Assembly (NCBI GenBank): GCA_038496445.1
Contig: JALMLS010000631.1
Span: forward strand, 62,001 to 126,000
Source: Trichosphaerium sp. ATCC 40318
Taxonomy: Eukaryota > Protista > Tubulinea
Length of the DNA: 64,000 nt
Reading direction: 5' to 3'
In this document: positions 24,309 through 39,099 of the stretch, one piece after another
How the letters are laid out: each line of letters begins with the position of its first letter
How positions within the stretch are numbered: the first letter of the stretch is position 1
Program-made: the position numbers and the translations under genes
Notes under the pieces: model-generated
The model's input: the letters and a program-made list of their open reading frames with translations, nothing else
Told to the model about the DNA's origin: nothing
Database searches by the model: none

Positions 24309-25484
24309 ATGCAGTTTCTTACACTTTGTATTATTGTCGCTTTTGTAGCATTCGCCAGCGCAACTATCGAGGCTGAGCAAAGTACGAGCGCGAGCTTTAC
24401 AATTTTCAAAAAGCTTACCAAACCTAGGCACAATATGCAGCGGTTGCAGTTCTACATGTAAAGCAGATTTACAGGTACGCGTCGCCCGTAATACCCGCAA
24501 ATACCGTAATACCCGCAAACCCCCAAAATTACAACTAACATCACGCGAACATCGCGAGCGTATTTTAATGTGCAAAAAACTAATTCTTACCCTTAGAGAG
24601 TTTACAGCCTCCTTTCATACCAAAATCAAGCACTCTACAACAGCATTAACTCACAGGTAACGATCTACACGGAAAAAATATTCGCCTACTCGAGCGACGT
24701 TTTATGACGAACGTTACTTACTCTCAATCACTAGTGCGACTTGAAATCGAGACTGCTCTCAAGCCCAACTGCCATTTCATGCCCATCCGTTACCCAATCA
24801 AGCCAATTCACGAGTATTTGCCGCGATTTCAGTGGCTAGTACGTAGTCGTTCCCACTTTACATTTTTGGTTTCAAAAACCCCTTCGGAGAAGCCTCTTTT
24901 ATTTTATCCGATGTTGATTTTTGTGCATTACAATGCTAACGTTGTTCAATAGCTCCCGCACCTATTCCAGCCACAACCAAATCTGCAGCGCTGATATGTC
25001 CTTCAAGACATCCTCTGGTTACCAATACACAACGGTCTCATACAAAATCCCAATGTGTGTTCCAGCAAGCTGTACATACAATGACCGTTACCATATCGCT
25101 AACATGAAAGTCGTACGTAGTCTTTTTGTTAAGCTTTTCAAACTTTTTTTTTTTGAAATGGAGAAATTTTTATTTTGACTTTTTGTGTAGTCTTCTTGCT
25201 CATCTAGCACTGGTCACTCAAGCTGTAATGCTAAAGTACACAACTGCTACAACCTTTACAAGAGTTCCACTGGATACCAGTACTATCATCACAGCAACAG
25301 CGCTGTTATTGTCGGAATTGTATTTGGTGTTTTGGGCGGTATTATTCTCTTCGTATCATTGACCATCTTCTTCGTACGTTTTGGACTCTTTTACGTTTGG
25401 CTTGTTTTCTGTATGCTTATTTGGTTGTTGTAGATCCGTAGAATGCGCAAGAAATCCCTTGAGACTGTCGAATACGCCTTGTAA
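24309..25484 (+). CDS. Cys-containing type I membrane protein
   Basis: Signal peptide MQFLTLCIIVAFVAFASA; C-terminal TM segment AVIVGIVFGVLGGIILFVSLTIFF; basic cytosolic tail IRRMRKKSLETVEYAL*. Confidence 0.75.
24486..24524 (+). repeat. Short tandem duplication (CCGTAATACCCGCAAA x2) in an intron
   Basis: cccgtaatacccgcaaataccgtaatacccgcaaacccc seen directly. Confidence 0.7.
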
Positions 25485-25732
25485 TTGTCTTAATAAGACC
25501 TTGTTTTGTTAAATTGTTAGAAAATTTGTAATGTCTTGTTCATTTTCTCCGTCCCATCGACTACTCAATTCGTGTTCACCACGCTTGACGTATTGTTGTT
25601 ACTTGCTTGTGTTTCAAAAAGGGTTATCAAGACGTGATTTCAACTGGTAGTGTGGAGTTGTCATCATGACATTTTGGTTGTGGGCATTTATTGTAAAATA
25701 GGAAGAAGAATCTGATTTTTATGGTACACTCT

Positions 25733-28700
25733 TTAACTCTTTTTATGTTCGTTACATTTGGCTGCAATGAGACACAACATTTCCTTCCGTGTGCGTTGTA
25801 TCTTCGAAGAAAAAACAGGCGCTTTGTATGCCGCCCGCTCACTATTTACTACTATAAATGCAAGTTAATTATCTACTACTTAAATACTTGGAACAAGAGC
25901 GTACATTTACAGAGCAACCAATCACGAAAGAATTGGTCCGATTTAAATACAGGAGGGTTAGGTAAAGGTGGTCCAAAATCTGGTACACCTTCTTTCACTA
26001 CTATGTTCACCTATCGAATAAACATTAACGACCGTAAAAACTCCGGTTGAAAGGCGACAAATACAGAAAAACCTATTTGGCTCACAAGGTCGAATGAACA
26101 GCAGTATTAATTTTTTTTTGGTTAAACCTTTCACGTACCCAGTATTCTATATCATCAGGAGATTTCACATGAGGTGTAACCACAATCATAACATCTAAGT
26201 GCGAAAAAAATAAGAAAATGCAGGTAAAGGAGAAAAGTGCCAAAAAAATCGTACGGTTGTATTCTGATACAACTGTATCTGGTTTATAATCTTGGTGTCC
26301 TTCTTTAAAGATAATAACAACAATGTCATTACCAATATGGCGTTTTCTTTCAACCTATTTGATAACAAGTGTTAGAAATGCAAACTTTTTTTTTTCCTAG
26401 GTTTTTTGTCTCTTTGTTAGAGATGTTGGATAGACATACTTGTTGCGGTTGTAGTGGTTGGAATGTGAGCAAAGTAGATACGTGGTACATAATACTATAC
26501 GATTGCCAAGAAACGAAAACTGAGTGTTGGCCTGTAGAGTCCTCTACAAAAAACCGTTTAGTTTGTTTTTAGGCGATTTACTTCACTAAACAAAAATCTG
26601 TTTCGTACCTCTCACATCCAGTCCCGCTCTGTATTTATCCCATCCTTTCATACGAACTTTTTCACCAATAACATTTAAAAATTGAGTAAACAAACCACTG
26701 CCATGGCCTAGCGCCAAAGTCAAAAACTTCTTCCGTATCCAAAACGTACGATTGAAAAACATGTCTTCTTCTTTGACCTGACCTTCTTTACAATACAATA
26801 CACCAACCTTATAATTAGATACAAGCTAAGCAAACCCAACATTAGTAAACTAGGAAAAAAACCCAGAAGCTATTGGCTGGTACAGAGGAAAACTCGGAAA
26901 AAAAAAACCAAATGGATAATAAAAGTTGTACCTGGCGTGTTTCAAAGTGAAGTAGATCATCTGATATTGCCTTATTTTTGACTTGCTTTATTTTATTTTG
27001 CAAAGTAAGATTAGGTTTTACTTCTTTTAGTAAGCTTTCAACTGTCTTTTTCTTTGAAGGTTTGGTATAAACATCAAAGCGAGTGTTAGCCTAAAAGAAA
27101 AAAAAGAACAAGTATTAACACCAAGTCCAACCAAACACAAAACAATAAAAAATCTTACCATCTTTGTACGGAGTAAAACGCGGATAATCTTATCGCCCGT
27201 GGATAAATGTTCTGCACTTGGAGTTAAAAATAAAACCGCATTTGAAATTATCAAATAAAACCCAGCCGCGAATTGTTTTTTTACCTTTAATAGTGGATAT
27301 TGCAAATGGTCCGTTAAGACCTGGATCGTTGCCAACATAATTAGTGTGCTCTGTAATAAAAAATAAATATACTGTATCGCGTTGATTCAAGGGGCGTACC
27401 TTTGCCATGGAAGTGCGTCTGGTAGTAGGGAAGTTCGTTTTCGGCGTTTAGAACTTCCAAAGGATATGCTCTTAGCTCCTCAAGCGACATATTGCCTGGT
27501 GGATGCAAAGGATACCCTCGCATCTTCTCAATAAATATAGGTTCTGGTGGAGGCTGATGAAGAGTAGGTGGTACTTCTTCCCACCACTTAGGTACAGTAG
27601 TGGTAGTAGAAGGTGTTTTCTTAACACCTTTGGAACCTTTTGACCTTCGGCGTCTGTGTTTCTTTGGTTTTACTGCTCCTCGAGGATTCAGAGACGAGTA
27701 AGAGTTACTACGTGCTGTCTTTGTTCTACCATTAGATTCGCCTTGCTTCTATACAATTAGAGAATAATACGTATAAATAACACCAAAAAGAGAGTCACGT
27801 ACAACAGCAAGAGTAAGACGATTTTTTCTGGACTTTCTGGCAGTCTTGCTAGGCACATCTACGGCGCTATTACTCTTTACCTTGCTTGCAATCTTGACAT
27901 GTTTGTAAGGCATAAGAGGCGGTAAATTTTCAAGTTCCCTATTCCTCCTACTTGGTCTTCTGCGCCTGTAGTCATCACTCGTTTTTCTTTGTTCAAAAAA
28001 AAGTCAGAATAAAGGTGTTTTTTTTTTTTTTGATGAAATTTCTAACCTCTTGTGTCGCTTCTTATCACGTGGGCTTCTCATCTTTTTTGGAGAAGATAAT
28101 TTCATACTCTGTCTTGTCCTTCTGGTGGTAGGTTTTGAGCCTCGCATTCTAGTCTCAGAATTCACTCTACGAGGTCTTTTGAGCTTGGTAACTACTGCAT
28201 CTCCAGAAGATACTGTAATGGATCTTTTACTTTTTCGGGGACTCAATGACCTTGCTGTAGTTACCACCTTGGATTTCGGGCTAAGTTAAAAAAAATTAGT
28301 ATCACGTGATTGCGAAAAGATATTGTCACGTGAATGGTACCTTAAAGAAGAATCACTTTCGTTACTCTTATTGCTACTGTTGGAAGAGTAGACGTTTATA
28401 CTTGTAGGTTTACCTCCCCTTGTCCTAGTTTTCTTTCGTTTTCTTTTTGAAGCTGATCGCTTTGTTCTTGCTTTGGAATTTGTTTTAGGGCTTTCTGGTG
28501 GGTCCTTACGAACTAGATTAAGAGAGTGCCTACGATATACGTCATTAGGTAGCGAGTACTGTAACAATTACTTCTTTTTTGGATATTTTTTTCATTTAAG
28601 TGGAGTTAAAAAAATGTTACCTGCGTGCTAGATAAGGTCTCTGACTTCGTGAGAATAGAGATACATGGATACCCTCTTTAACATTCTCAGTCATTGTTGC

Positions 28701-29345
28701 TTCTCTCAACTTTCTGTGGGCTTCTTTGAAGCGTTTAAATTCAATCGTAAAAAGTTGATTCTTAAAGTGTAAGTTTAGTATTTTGTACTGAGCTAATGCT
28801 AGACGTACAGCAGTTAATCCAAGAACATAATCAACACTCGATAAAGATCTTAGAGATATAACGCTTGAAAAAATATGGCTCTAAAAACAAGAAATATAAA
28901 TATCACGTGAGGTATCAAGTACAAAAGTTACTGATCATTTTGATCAAGAAAAGAAAAAAAAAAACGTTATTTCTTCTTCAACTGTGCGTGAACATTTCAA
29001 TTGATCGGCGTGCCTTCACTTGATCAACTGTCCAGTGTGATGGTGCTTGTACTGTTACTATTTCGTTGCCATCTGGGAGTGTAACCTGAATTAGGTTATT
29101 ATTAGTCTCCGTAGCTGTTTTTATTGTTTGAGGTGCTATCGTGGCGATTTGCAGTAAATATATTACCGTACCGTCAGTTTAATTTGAAAATTCTCCCGTT
29201 GCAAGAAAAACGCCCATGACGAGTCCCGATCTTGCACACTATCAACAAACTCGCCTTCTTTTGAAAAGTACTTCACTAGTTGCTTTACTCGCGGGGTTTG
29301 TATCAACTCGCTATTAGGATCTACTTCTACTACTTCCTCGGCCAT
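25733..29345 (-). CDS. Rap/Ran-GAP domain protein with long basic low-complexity N-terminus
   Basis: KVGVLYCKEGQVKEEDMFFN, GWDKYRAGLDV, YHVSTLL, KRHIGNDIVVIIF, PDFGPPLP, INSERAAY motifs of the RapGAP catalytic domain. Confidence 0.9.
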
Positions 29346-29517
29346 TTACTGCAACCAGAATTGGTGGGCTCTCAAAAATCTCCAAACTAGCGTATGCCGG
29401 TGAGTTCCGTGTAACAGGGTGTTACTCCACGGCTAAAACATTGACTAGACAAAAAAACTAAAATTCAAGCGGATTCATACTTTCAATTTTGACCAACTAC
29501 TCCGAAACCATACCAGA

Positions 29518-30171
29518 ATGCCTAGAAAGTCATCGAAAAAGAAGGGGTTCATGGTACAACGCTATTATAACACCTGCCTATTAAATGTAAAATTTGTAGG
29601 GCTCAAACATTACAAAGTTAAGAAACGACAACAAAAAAAGGGCTACTGGCAAGCCTACGCGAAATAAGCGAAATACAAACGATCGGTCGTACCAATTGTC
29701 ACATAGCGCTATAAGCGAGCTAGTAAAGCCAAAAATGGCCCTATCAAAGCAAAGAGAAACAGAACGTAGCTTACTTTCTGATTTGGGCGCCAAGGTACGC
29801 CTACACTGTGTATTACAATAGGATCTAGCCTAACTACTGGGTTTCACGTTAAATTACCCAAAAATGTACTAAATTCCATTAAGGTGAAAACAAGCAGATC
29901 TACAGAGCGTCGTAGGAAGAAGAGACTACTCACAAAGAAGGAGCGTGAACACCGTGCTACAGGTACATAAAAAATTGTTTTCGCTTTACGCTAACGGGAG
30001 TAAAAAGGTGCTACGCGTAGCCTCAATTATCATATCAACCCTGTGGTCGGTAATACAAAAGGAGTTGTACGTGTTTAATCGATTACCAACAAAGTCAAAT
30101 TGTGTTATTTTTCCCAGTTGCCTCGGTTAACTCACGCGTAGGTGACGAGAATACGCAAGCGGGAGAGATAA
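29518..30171 (+). CDS. Small basic 5-exon protein, possibly Faf1/C1orf131-like SSU processome factor
   Basis: GT-AG splicing gives an open K/R-rich frame containing LLSDLGAK and a C-terminal VGNTKGVVTRIRK. Resemblance to the family is by eye only. Confidence 0.45.
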
Positions 30172-30371
30172 TAGGAAAAAAACACCCAAAAACAAATACG
30201 AAGTTTTTCATTTCGCTGACTGTAGATTAAATGTTGGAACACGTGTCCAAACCATCAATTTTTGAATAAAAAAATAACAACAACCCACCTTCGGAAATAG
30301 ATTTTTTACAAATTTGAAGATGATGCAAAAACCGAACAGTCACGTGACAATGATTTTATTCCACAATTGTG

Positions 30372-32377
30372 TCAGAATTTAAGGCGCTCACTCTTTTTAT
30401 CAATAAACTTGTTGTGCAACATTAGGGGCTATTGAAAGTATGTACAATCCATTTTAAATTTATTTAAACTCTGTTCCAATAATAAAAGCACACGTAGAAC
30501 ATTGGTATAACACCCCAAAGAGCTGTAGCTCCACCAAATATACCCAACCAATAAATGCTTGTAATGTCTAGTAAACCAGGTCCAAGTGTGACTATACCGA
30601 ACCTTGCAAATGCCTCTAATGCTGTTATCGCGCCAGTGACACTGCTGGGGCTGTCTGGAGAAAAAGAGATGGCGAACGTGTACTGACCTACAACCGGAAG
30701 AAATCTATAAGACAAAACCTTTACTTGTATCTCATATTTGCCTGCGTACCAACATACATGCTTAGAAAACCAAAACCAAGCAGAAATGTAACAAACAGGG
30801 TAGCACCATAATTACCAGCATTCATTGTAGCACTACAAGCAACGTTAATGGGCATAAAAGTACTGTTGAATAAATCTCTAAACAACTTTGACGAACCCGT
30901 AACAAGTGAATCCTATGGCCACGAGGACCGTTCCTTTAAGAAATTAGATATGTCAATACGACTACTTGTTTTACCGCATAGAGAGTATGCTATCCTGCCT
31001 CCTCTCCCTCGTAGTTTAAGGCCCAAATCAGCCATGAAACCGCCTACAAAGGTACCTAACAATCTATACCATTTGTTACACTGATAAAAATCCTACAGTA
31101 CTTACACTCCTACACCCAATGGCGTCATGGCTACTCCAATATCCTCACTGTTCTTATTAAAAGGCTCCTCAGCGAACAGAATCTACACAACAGTAAGACT
31201 CAATCTGATTTGTGGGTGTTTATCAGTACCGAAAATGAGTATGGCACAAAGCTGAATAGTCCAGCCAGTATTGCCACCATTATTGCAACAAATGGAATTG
31301 GTGGAACCAATAATAACCGAAGGCTTTTAAGAGGATTAAAAGATCGTCGAAGAGAGCTACCATCTTGCAATGTCTCACGAAAGAATACTGCAACTATTAT
31401 GAAAAACAGAGCAGACACCGCTGACAAGAACTTGAGAAAGATTAACATACAAAGACACTATAAAATACGTACATAGAAAATAGCTTCCCATCCAAAACTA
31501 TTCGCCAAAGCACCTGGAGGAACAATAGTCACAGAAATAATATACCTTGTAAAAGTCAAATATTATAGTTACCTCCTATGATTGGACCAAACAATAACCC
31601 AATCAGCGGTGTAAGTGCCAAGATTGCCTAGAAGAAAATGATTAATATAGCTATTTCCAGTTTGCTCACATACCACTGCTTTCCCTTGTTTACTTGGCTC
31701 AAAAACATCAGATATTACACCAAATGCTACAATAATGGATGAACTCATAGCAATAAGAAAAGTAGTCCGTGCAACTATCAAGATTGCAACGAACTTTGCA
31801 AAGCTTGTGGCATGTTAGTTTATACTCAATCCATCATTTCCTACCTCCCAAGGAGCGAAGCTACAAACCCAATAGAAAGCATAATGAGAAGAATAATTTT
31901 TCTCCCAAATCTGTCCGATAGAGGACCCCACAAGAATGGCGCAATACCTCCAACGTAATTCAGCATAAATTGGTTGTTGTATAATTAAAAAATAACACGT
32001 GCCTGCTGCAAAGTTCGGAATAGACAGTGTCAACGCGGTTTCTGTATCTGTGGCATTTAGCGATGTTTGTACAACGCTTAGCGCAGGTAAATAGGAAGGA
32101 CGAGCGATTCCAAATAAAAAAACTGGAAGAGAACAGAGAACAAGTATTTTAGCAGCCTCTAGTGAGTATATATCCACAAATGGTTGTTCAGCCTATTGAG
32201 AATTGTATTTTCGGTTATTTTCAACACACCGCACGTGATAAGTACCTTCGTTCGTACTAGAGGGCCACTAGTTAGTTGTGTTGGAGAACTAAATCCATCC
32301 ATTGTATCTGACGCCTCAGATGATCCAGGAGTATGTAAAAATTGATCGTTCTCATCACTAGAAATTGCTTGGTTCAT
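30372..32377 (-). CDS. MFS transporter, DHA1 (drug:H+ antiporter)-like
   Basis: YLPAL, GPLSDRFGRK (MFS motif A), GVISDVFEPSKQGKA, FFRETL, and multiple hydrophobic segments. Confidence 0.9.
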
Positions 32378-32601
32378 TTGAATCAGTAGACAATGTTGAA
32401 ATGGTGGTCAAATCAAGTATTCGAAAATACTGACATGTTGAACATGCTCGTGACTTTTACACTTCTCATATTGATCATTGACAGTGAGTTCTTTTTGGCT
32501 AATTACATTTTATTTAAGCAGAAGAGAATTCAATTTTTCAAAGTCCTTCAAAAGTTTATGATTTTCGCGTCTTGCAGTATCTCGCTCCTCGCGTAGACGC
32601 T

Positions 32602-35074
32602 TTATTGTGAATCGTAAATACGCTTCATCATAGCGTGGCCTTCCACTCTTGCCACTGACACCAGGTCTGCTTCTACTACTATGCCTCCTACTATCAGAGA
32701 GAGCAAGTTAGTTAAACTCTTCAAAAACAGAAGCGGAAAATCATTGTTTGTGTAAAAAATAAACACGTGCGTTCTCATATCTGAATTGATTTCGTCTAAC
32801 TTTTTGTGTGCTCTGCCAGAGCCATGATGACCATGATGTGTGTGACGATTTGGTCGTCTCTTTTCTTTTGATGATGAGCTTTCACGTGCAGTGCTACCTT
32901 GTGAAGCATCAGATGCAGAGTTTGAATCTTCGTCTTCAAGCGCATTAGACATATCAGGTACTGAATTCGATTTTAGTGGTGCGTTTCTTGCCCTCCTCTG
33001 TTCCTATCAAACGCAATCATGTTAATTACAATATATTGCTTTCTATCGTACACTTTCACTGCTCCCACCACTCGTTACTTCTTCTGTGACTGTTACTGTA
33101 GGCGCCTAAATATAAAACATGAGTTTGTGATATGATAAAGTTGTTCTCTTACAGATGTAGGTAGGCTTGAAGCAGATTGTGACATTCTAAGTTTTAAAAT
33201 TGGGTATGCCTTTAGTCTGACATATTGTGGTGTTGTTGCGTTCTATAGGAAAATTACTTATCAAAGAAATAACCAAGGTACGTACTTCATCCTGTCCATT
33301 ACCAAGGACACCATACCTAGTATAAAAAAATTAGAAAATCTTTGTTCTCCTATTTTCTCATGTCCAATAAAAGCTCACCATCCACAACCGAAGCTAAACA
33401 ATTTACCGTCTACATAAAATAGATTACTTTCGGTTGTTAACATATATGTGTCAAGTACGTACCCGCTGTAGAAACAAAACTTGCTTTGTCGCTTGTAAAA
33501 ACTCTTTTTGCAGGAGAACTAATTTCTAACTTCCTCGGTGACAGTACGTCCTCTAAACACGCGTTTAAAATTATGCAAATAAAAGATTGTTATAATTCCT
33601 TTTATAATTTTTGATGAATGATAAACGATGTGAAGTAAATACCAGACAACACAAGTGTGCTATTTTTTGAAAGAAATAAAAGGTGTAAACAATTGCATAA
33701 ACTGTTTTTTTTTCAGTCTACCTTCATCGCCATGACCAAGTCTTCCTAATAGACCTCTTCCCCTATTATCATATTAAAAAATTTCCTCTTTTGAGGTTAT
33801 GTACCATGTGTATACATCGCCCGTGTCTAAGCAAGTTAGATTTAAATGTGAAGAAAAGAAAAACCAAAACATTTACCTGTCAAAGCCAACGTATGTTTTT
33901 CATTGACGCTGACATCTACAATCTTGAAGCGTTTCAAGTCTTCTATCATTGTAGGTAATAATTTATTATTCTGATCTCCATGTCCAAGTTGACAATCAGT
34001 CCCAGAACTGAGACATTACGAGTTAACAAAAAAAAAAATAACAAAAAATGATAAAACCTACCCAAAAGTAAATACTTGTCCATTCTCTACATAAAAACCC
34101 ACCGTTAGCAACAACCGAAAGCGTTTTTTGCTGACAAGCAGTAAAAATACGCACCTGACAGGGCCAGACTATGGGCAAGACTTACAGCTATTTTTACAAA
34201 GTGCATTCCAGCAAGGGATTGTATCAGTTTAGGTTCAAGTAGATTTTCTGTGTCTCCACCACCCTGTTTTAGTTTTTTTTTAGAATAAAGCACGTGCGTT
34301 TAACGTTAGTAATACCTCGTTTTTTGTAAAGGATCAAAACGAAAAAAGAAAGTTGAAAACAAAAACAAAAGCAAAATCACGTGATTTAGTACCAATACGC
34401 CGTTTCTTCCACGTCCCCAACTCCACACGTGACCTTGATCATCCAAAGCCAAGTTATGATCTTTACTACTTACAATTGAAACAAAATCAGGTCTATGCGA
34501 TTTAGTTGTTGCTCCAGGAAGTCCAGGTGTTGTAAGCCGCTTTGCCTTATTATTCAGTTGTGGTACGTCAATTGTTTTAGGATTTATACTTTGTTGCCAT
34601 GTATGAGGCATGCTTTGAGGTCTATTAGCACCAGTTCTAGCGTGCGTTTGTGGTGGTCTTGATGGTGGCTTCACTGGTTTTGGTGGTACCACTGGTGGGT
34701 TATTAAAATTTACAGGCCTCAAACGTTGGAGTGGAGGTGAAGATAAACGAAGAGGGTTCTATAAAAAAATAAACAATAAATAAATAAAGGTACTGGAAGG
34801 GAGAAATATTTAGAGTACTTTAAAATAGAATTCGTTCAAAAACACATAAGACAGTAGTAATATTATTAAATAATATGTAAGGTACCTTTTTAGGTGGTAC
34901 CACTGGAGGTCTCGTTGGTGGTGGAGCTGCAGATACTGGTCTCTTTATCATATCGCTGTTATAACGAGGAAGAGGTCTTTTTGGTGGCGCGTGCGTTGGT
35001 CTCTTTGCTGTGCTCATCTGTTCAAATTTGTTTATCGAGTCAGCTAGTGATGACGCTCTAGGCCTTGTAGCCAT
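32602..35074 (-). CDS. RCC1-repeat protein with proline-rich N-terminus
   Basis: HNLALDDQGHVWSWGRGRNGVL, HSLALS...GQVFTFG, CQLGHGD, GRLGHGDE blades; PPxRPPVVPPK motifs at the N-terminus. Confidence 0.85.
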
Positions 35075-35341
35075 ACTATTACAGAGTAAAGAGACTAGTG
35101 GGAATAGTTTACAGCACAATTACGAAATAGCTAATTTTTCGATATTCGTCCCTAGTCAAAGTTGTTTTCAAATCACGTGATATGAACCGAAAAAGAATAC
35201 TCCGGCTCTACATTATGGTTAGTACACAACTTAATTTGTACTGACAAGAAAGATCATTTGGAGAAATTCTTGATTTTTCGACTTTGCTACTCCAAACTCC
35301 TTATAGTTTTTCTAATGGCACGTGCTGAATTTGTCAAGAAA

Positions 35342-37234
35342 TCAGTTTATTGATCTTGAAGTTTAGAGTGATTTTTTTACAGTTTATTAAACAAAGATTT
35401 AAACCACTTAGTCGTTCTTATCTCCTTTAGCAGCTGGTCGTCGTGCTCCAGGATGATCTTCATCGACTTCATCATTATCTTCCAGGCAACATACACAAAG
35501 GCACAAGCCAACCAAAACAAGAATAGCACCAACAAGTACCGCCAAAAGGACAGGGTTATCCTAGAAAACAAGTAAGCAAGGAAATAGCGACTGACCCTCA
35601 GGGTCCGTTTTTCTTACTTGAAGGTTATTAATAGCAGTAAGTGCCAAGTGTTTTGCTTGTCCAACAAAGCCGCTTCCAGCGCCTTGAGCCTAGAACGAAT
35701 AAGTTGAGTACTTGCAAAATCTAGATTTTTCTAATTTACCTGTACTTCACCAGCAATAACTGCATCTAAGAAGCTTTTGATATCTTCGGCAGTTTTACCA
35801 ATGGTAACATTTGTAAAATAGACATCTTTGACTGGATCGAAAACGGTCAATTGAGGCAACTCAGCTTTGTAAACACCAAATTGTGCCATAAACTTTTTAA
35901 ACCTATTACAATCCACCTACAGGATTATGAGATATTAAACTATGCGTGGTAAAAACTAGTTTATAAGACGTACAAGAGAGAACTTGAAGGAAGCAGTATA
36001 ATCAGAAGCGATTGATCGAAGTGCAGAAGCATACCTTTTTGTTCACCGTTAGATTGCTTGTTCAAACATTCAAATCGCTCACGTACTCTTCATGATCACC
36101 CGGTACGATACCCGCAAATACAACTGGTTTCTTTGGTGGATTATTCACTAGTAAGTCATAGTTTGAAGGACTCAAATTTGCAACAACTGGTAATTTATGA
36201 TCGTTAACCCACTGCTTCAAGTTTGCCTGTTGAATAGCATTTTGTTAATATTTTTGATAGCCTAAACAACATTGTCTATACCTTTGTTAAGGCATCTGGA
36301 AATGTAGTAGGTTGCACGTCATTGAAGCATACAATAGTAAAATCAAGCTCTTTGTCTTGTTCGACACCTTCTTTTTCTAGAATAGAAGTATCTGTACTGT
36401 GACCAAACGAAGCAATATCCTGATACATTGATGCAACTTCGTCAAATACGCTCTTATTAAAGTGTCATCTAACATATAATGATATGTTTCCGTACCTTGG
36501 CTTCAGCGTTTGATTTACTAACAAGCAAGAACGTCACGTCATCTTTTGTTTTAAATTTCTTTAGGTTTTTTTCTGTAACTGATTGTACAGCCTTACTGTT
36601 GAAGCGTGAGTATTACGGCGATAGTTAGATAATAATGGAGGTTGTTAAACTTGTACTCACGCTGTTACTTTTTTACCAAAGTTAATAAAGTCTCCCTTGC
36701 TTCTACCGCCTACATAGTCTGTGACTAAGCCGCCTCTAACACTAGTACATGAATTAGTCGCTGTTAGAGTGAAAATACTCAAAACTCACTATTTGAGCGT
36801 AGGATAACCTTGAATGCCTAGTTTGCCCGCAACGCCACTGTGTTGGGTACAGTCCATCTTTGCAAGTTGTAGCGGGATGCCACCTGTTAAATTTTAAGTG
36901 GCGGATAGTGACCTCTCGTTGTAGCTCACCTTTGTGAAGTTCAAACGCCGCTTGATTGTAAACCTAGTAAATATTTGACGGTTTGCTTTTTAGTTACTTT
37001 GCAAAGCGTACGGGCTCTAATTTTTTGCAATGAGGGCACCACGGAGCGTAACTGCGCAAAGTTATTTAGATGTCAACCAGAAATGCCAAAGCAATACGCG
37101 TACAAGTCTACAAGCCATTTGCCAGTCGATGTGACCTCCAAGAAGTTTTCATCAGTCAATACTTTCACGTTTGAGGAGAGAACCACAGAAAAAACCACAA
37201 ACGCTACAAGAGCGCTGATAAACAATTTCACCAT
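35342..37234 (-). CDS. Membrane-anchored protein disulfide isomerase (TMX3-like)
   Basis: Signal peptide MVKLFISALVAFVVFSVV, active site YAPWCPHCKKL, IQGYPTLK, further thioredoxin-like folds and a C-terminal TM segment. Confidence 0.85.
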
Positions 37235-37318
37235 CTTTTGTGAAGCAGATAGGCTGCCTTATTTAAATTGCTTCTTTAAGGCTGTCAACGTAGAATTGTA
37301 CAAGTCGGTCAAATAGCC

Positions 37319-38954
37319 ATGCCTGGGATGGCTTTGGCATTCTTGTTCAGTATAATTGCGTTTTCTGTGGTTGCTTATGACATTCACCCCGGGATGGACA
37401 TTCTGAGACCTGTTTACAACAATAGGCGCGGTAAACGCTCATTAGAAGCTGAGAATTTTCCACACGAAATCTTCAAGCGCCCCTTCATACCTCCGGGTAC
37501 TGGTAGAACGAAAATAGAGACAAAAACCCAGGTAAGAATCTTCTAAAGCGTATTTGTGCCTACAATTGATAGGTGCGCTGGTTACAAGGCAACTGGGTGC
37601 CATGTCGCGTGTCATACATACCAAACCCCGTAACCACGTTTACAGGCACGTCACTCGCCCAAAATAACATTTTAACGTCTTTGAAGTGCTTGAAGCAACT
37701 CCAGGCGGATGTGCTAATAACACCACCGAAAAGGTGAGGATAACGGGCCAAAAATGTACAATTGCTGGTACGTCAAAAAATCTTAAAATTGTGTACTTAC
37801 CTGTCAGCCAATGGCGGTTATTTTCATATGAATTCTGGCCAATGTATTGGTAGTATTGTAATAGACGGTAAAGTGCTACAACATGGTGGTAGAAACGTCA
37901 ATTTTGGTGTAACAAATACTGGTATACGAGTTTACACAACATTTGACACGTGACTTTTTTTTATTTACATCTTTTTTCAGGTACCATCGTAACAGGTTAC
38001 TTGAATAGTACAGACTTAGATGAAGGAAATTTTAAGCAGCTCATTGGAGGTAAGATTTTCTGAGAGAGTTGGCGTATTTTTTTTTGTTTTATAACTGTTC
38101 ATGTAGGTGTCATATGGCTTGTTAGAAAAGGAAAAAACTATGTATCTGAATCAACAAAAATTGAAGATTTAAGCATTCAAGAAACTGGTAATGATTTCAT
38201 TACAACTGGTTCTGCGCGTTCAGCTATAGGCCATGATAGTAATGGTGATATTATACACGTTGCGTGCGACGGTAAAACTTGGGTGAGTAGTCATTGCGAA
38301 TCATTCCAAACTGACACATTCCGTCTCTAAGAAACGAGGTATAAATTTGCCTACACTTGCAGATATGATGGTTGAGCTTGGAGCTGTAAACGCAATCAAC
38401 TTGGATGGCGGTGGATCTGTCACTGTCACTACAAATGGCAGTTTATCTAATTTTCCCTCAGACGAATGTTCAGGTGATGGAGATGTGTGGAGGTTAGCAT
38501 CACTAGCTTTTTTTCTTTGTTATTTTTTTCTGAGTATGTTGTCAAATACTAAACTTGGATTTTTATCAAGGTGTGAGCGTTCGATAACAACAGTAGTATG
38601 CTTTACAGATGTAGACAACACGGTAGATTTTGGTTTAGACGTAAGTTCATAACATCAAACCGCAGCAACCAAAAAAATACAGGAGACTTACTTAGTTTGT
38701 AGAAAGATCAAATAAGCTTATTGGGTTTGCTTGTATTTTTCTTAACAAGTGCTCTACTTACTTTAGTATTAATGGTTGCATTTGGTAATACATCGGTTTA
38801 TATGATAGGAAAAATACAAGAGTGTATTCCCTCCAGATACTGGGTTCCATCATTTTTTTGTATATTTTTAATCATTGCAGTAATATTCATTGGTTTAGTA
38901 TCAAGAAGCTCAGCAGAGTACGTTTTTTTTTTCACATCAAATACTCCACGATGA
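37319..38954 (+). CDS. NAGPA: N-acetylglucosamine-1-phosphodiester alpha-N-acetylglucosaminidase (uncovering enzyme)-like; 3' end approximate
   Basis: Signal peptide, NGGYF, GVIWLVRKG, SARSAIGHD, AINLDGGGS, NFPSDEC, CERSITTVVCF and a C-terminal TM segment. Confidence 0.85.
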
Positions 38955-39099
38955 ATTAGGTTTCTTTTTCTGAACAAAATCTCACACACGTGACTTACGA
39001 CGCGTACTAAATGTTTTGTTTTAGTACATTTGCTTCGTTTTACATTCAATGAAAAATAAAAGGAAGGTACAAACAAAAAAAAACCCTTCATAAAAAAAC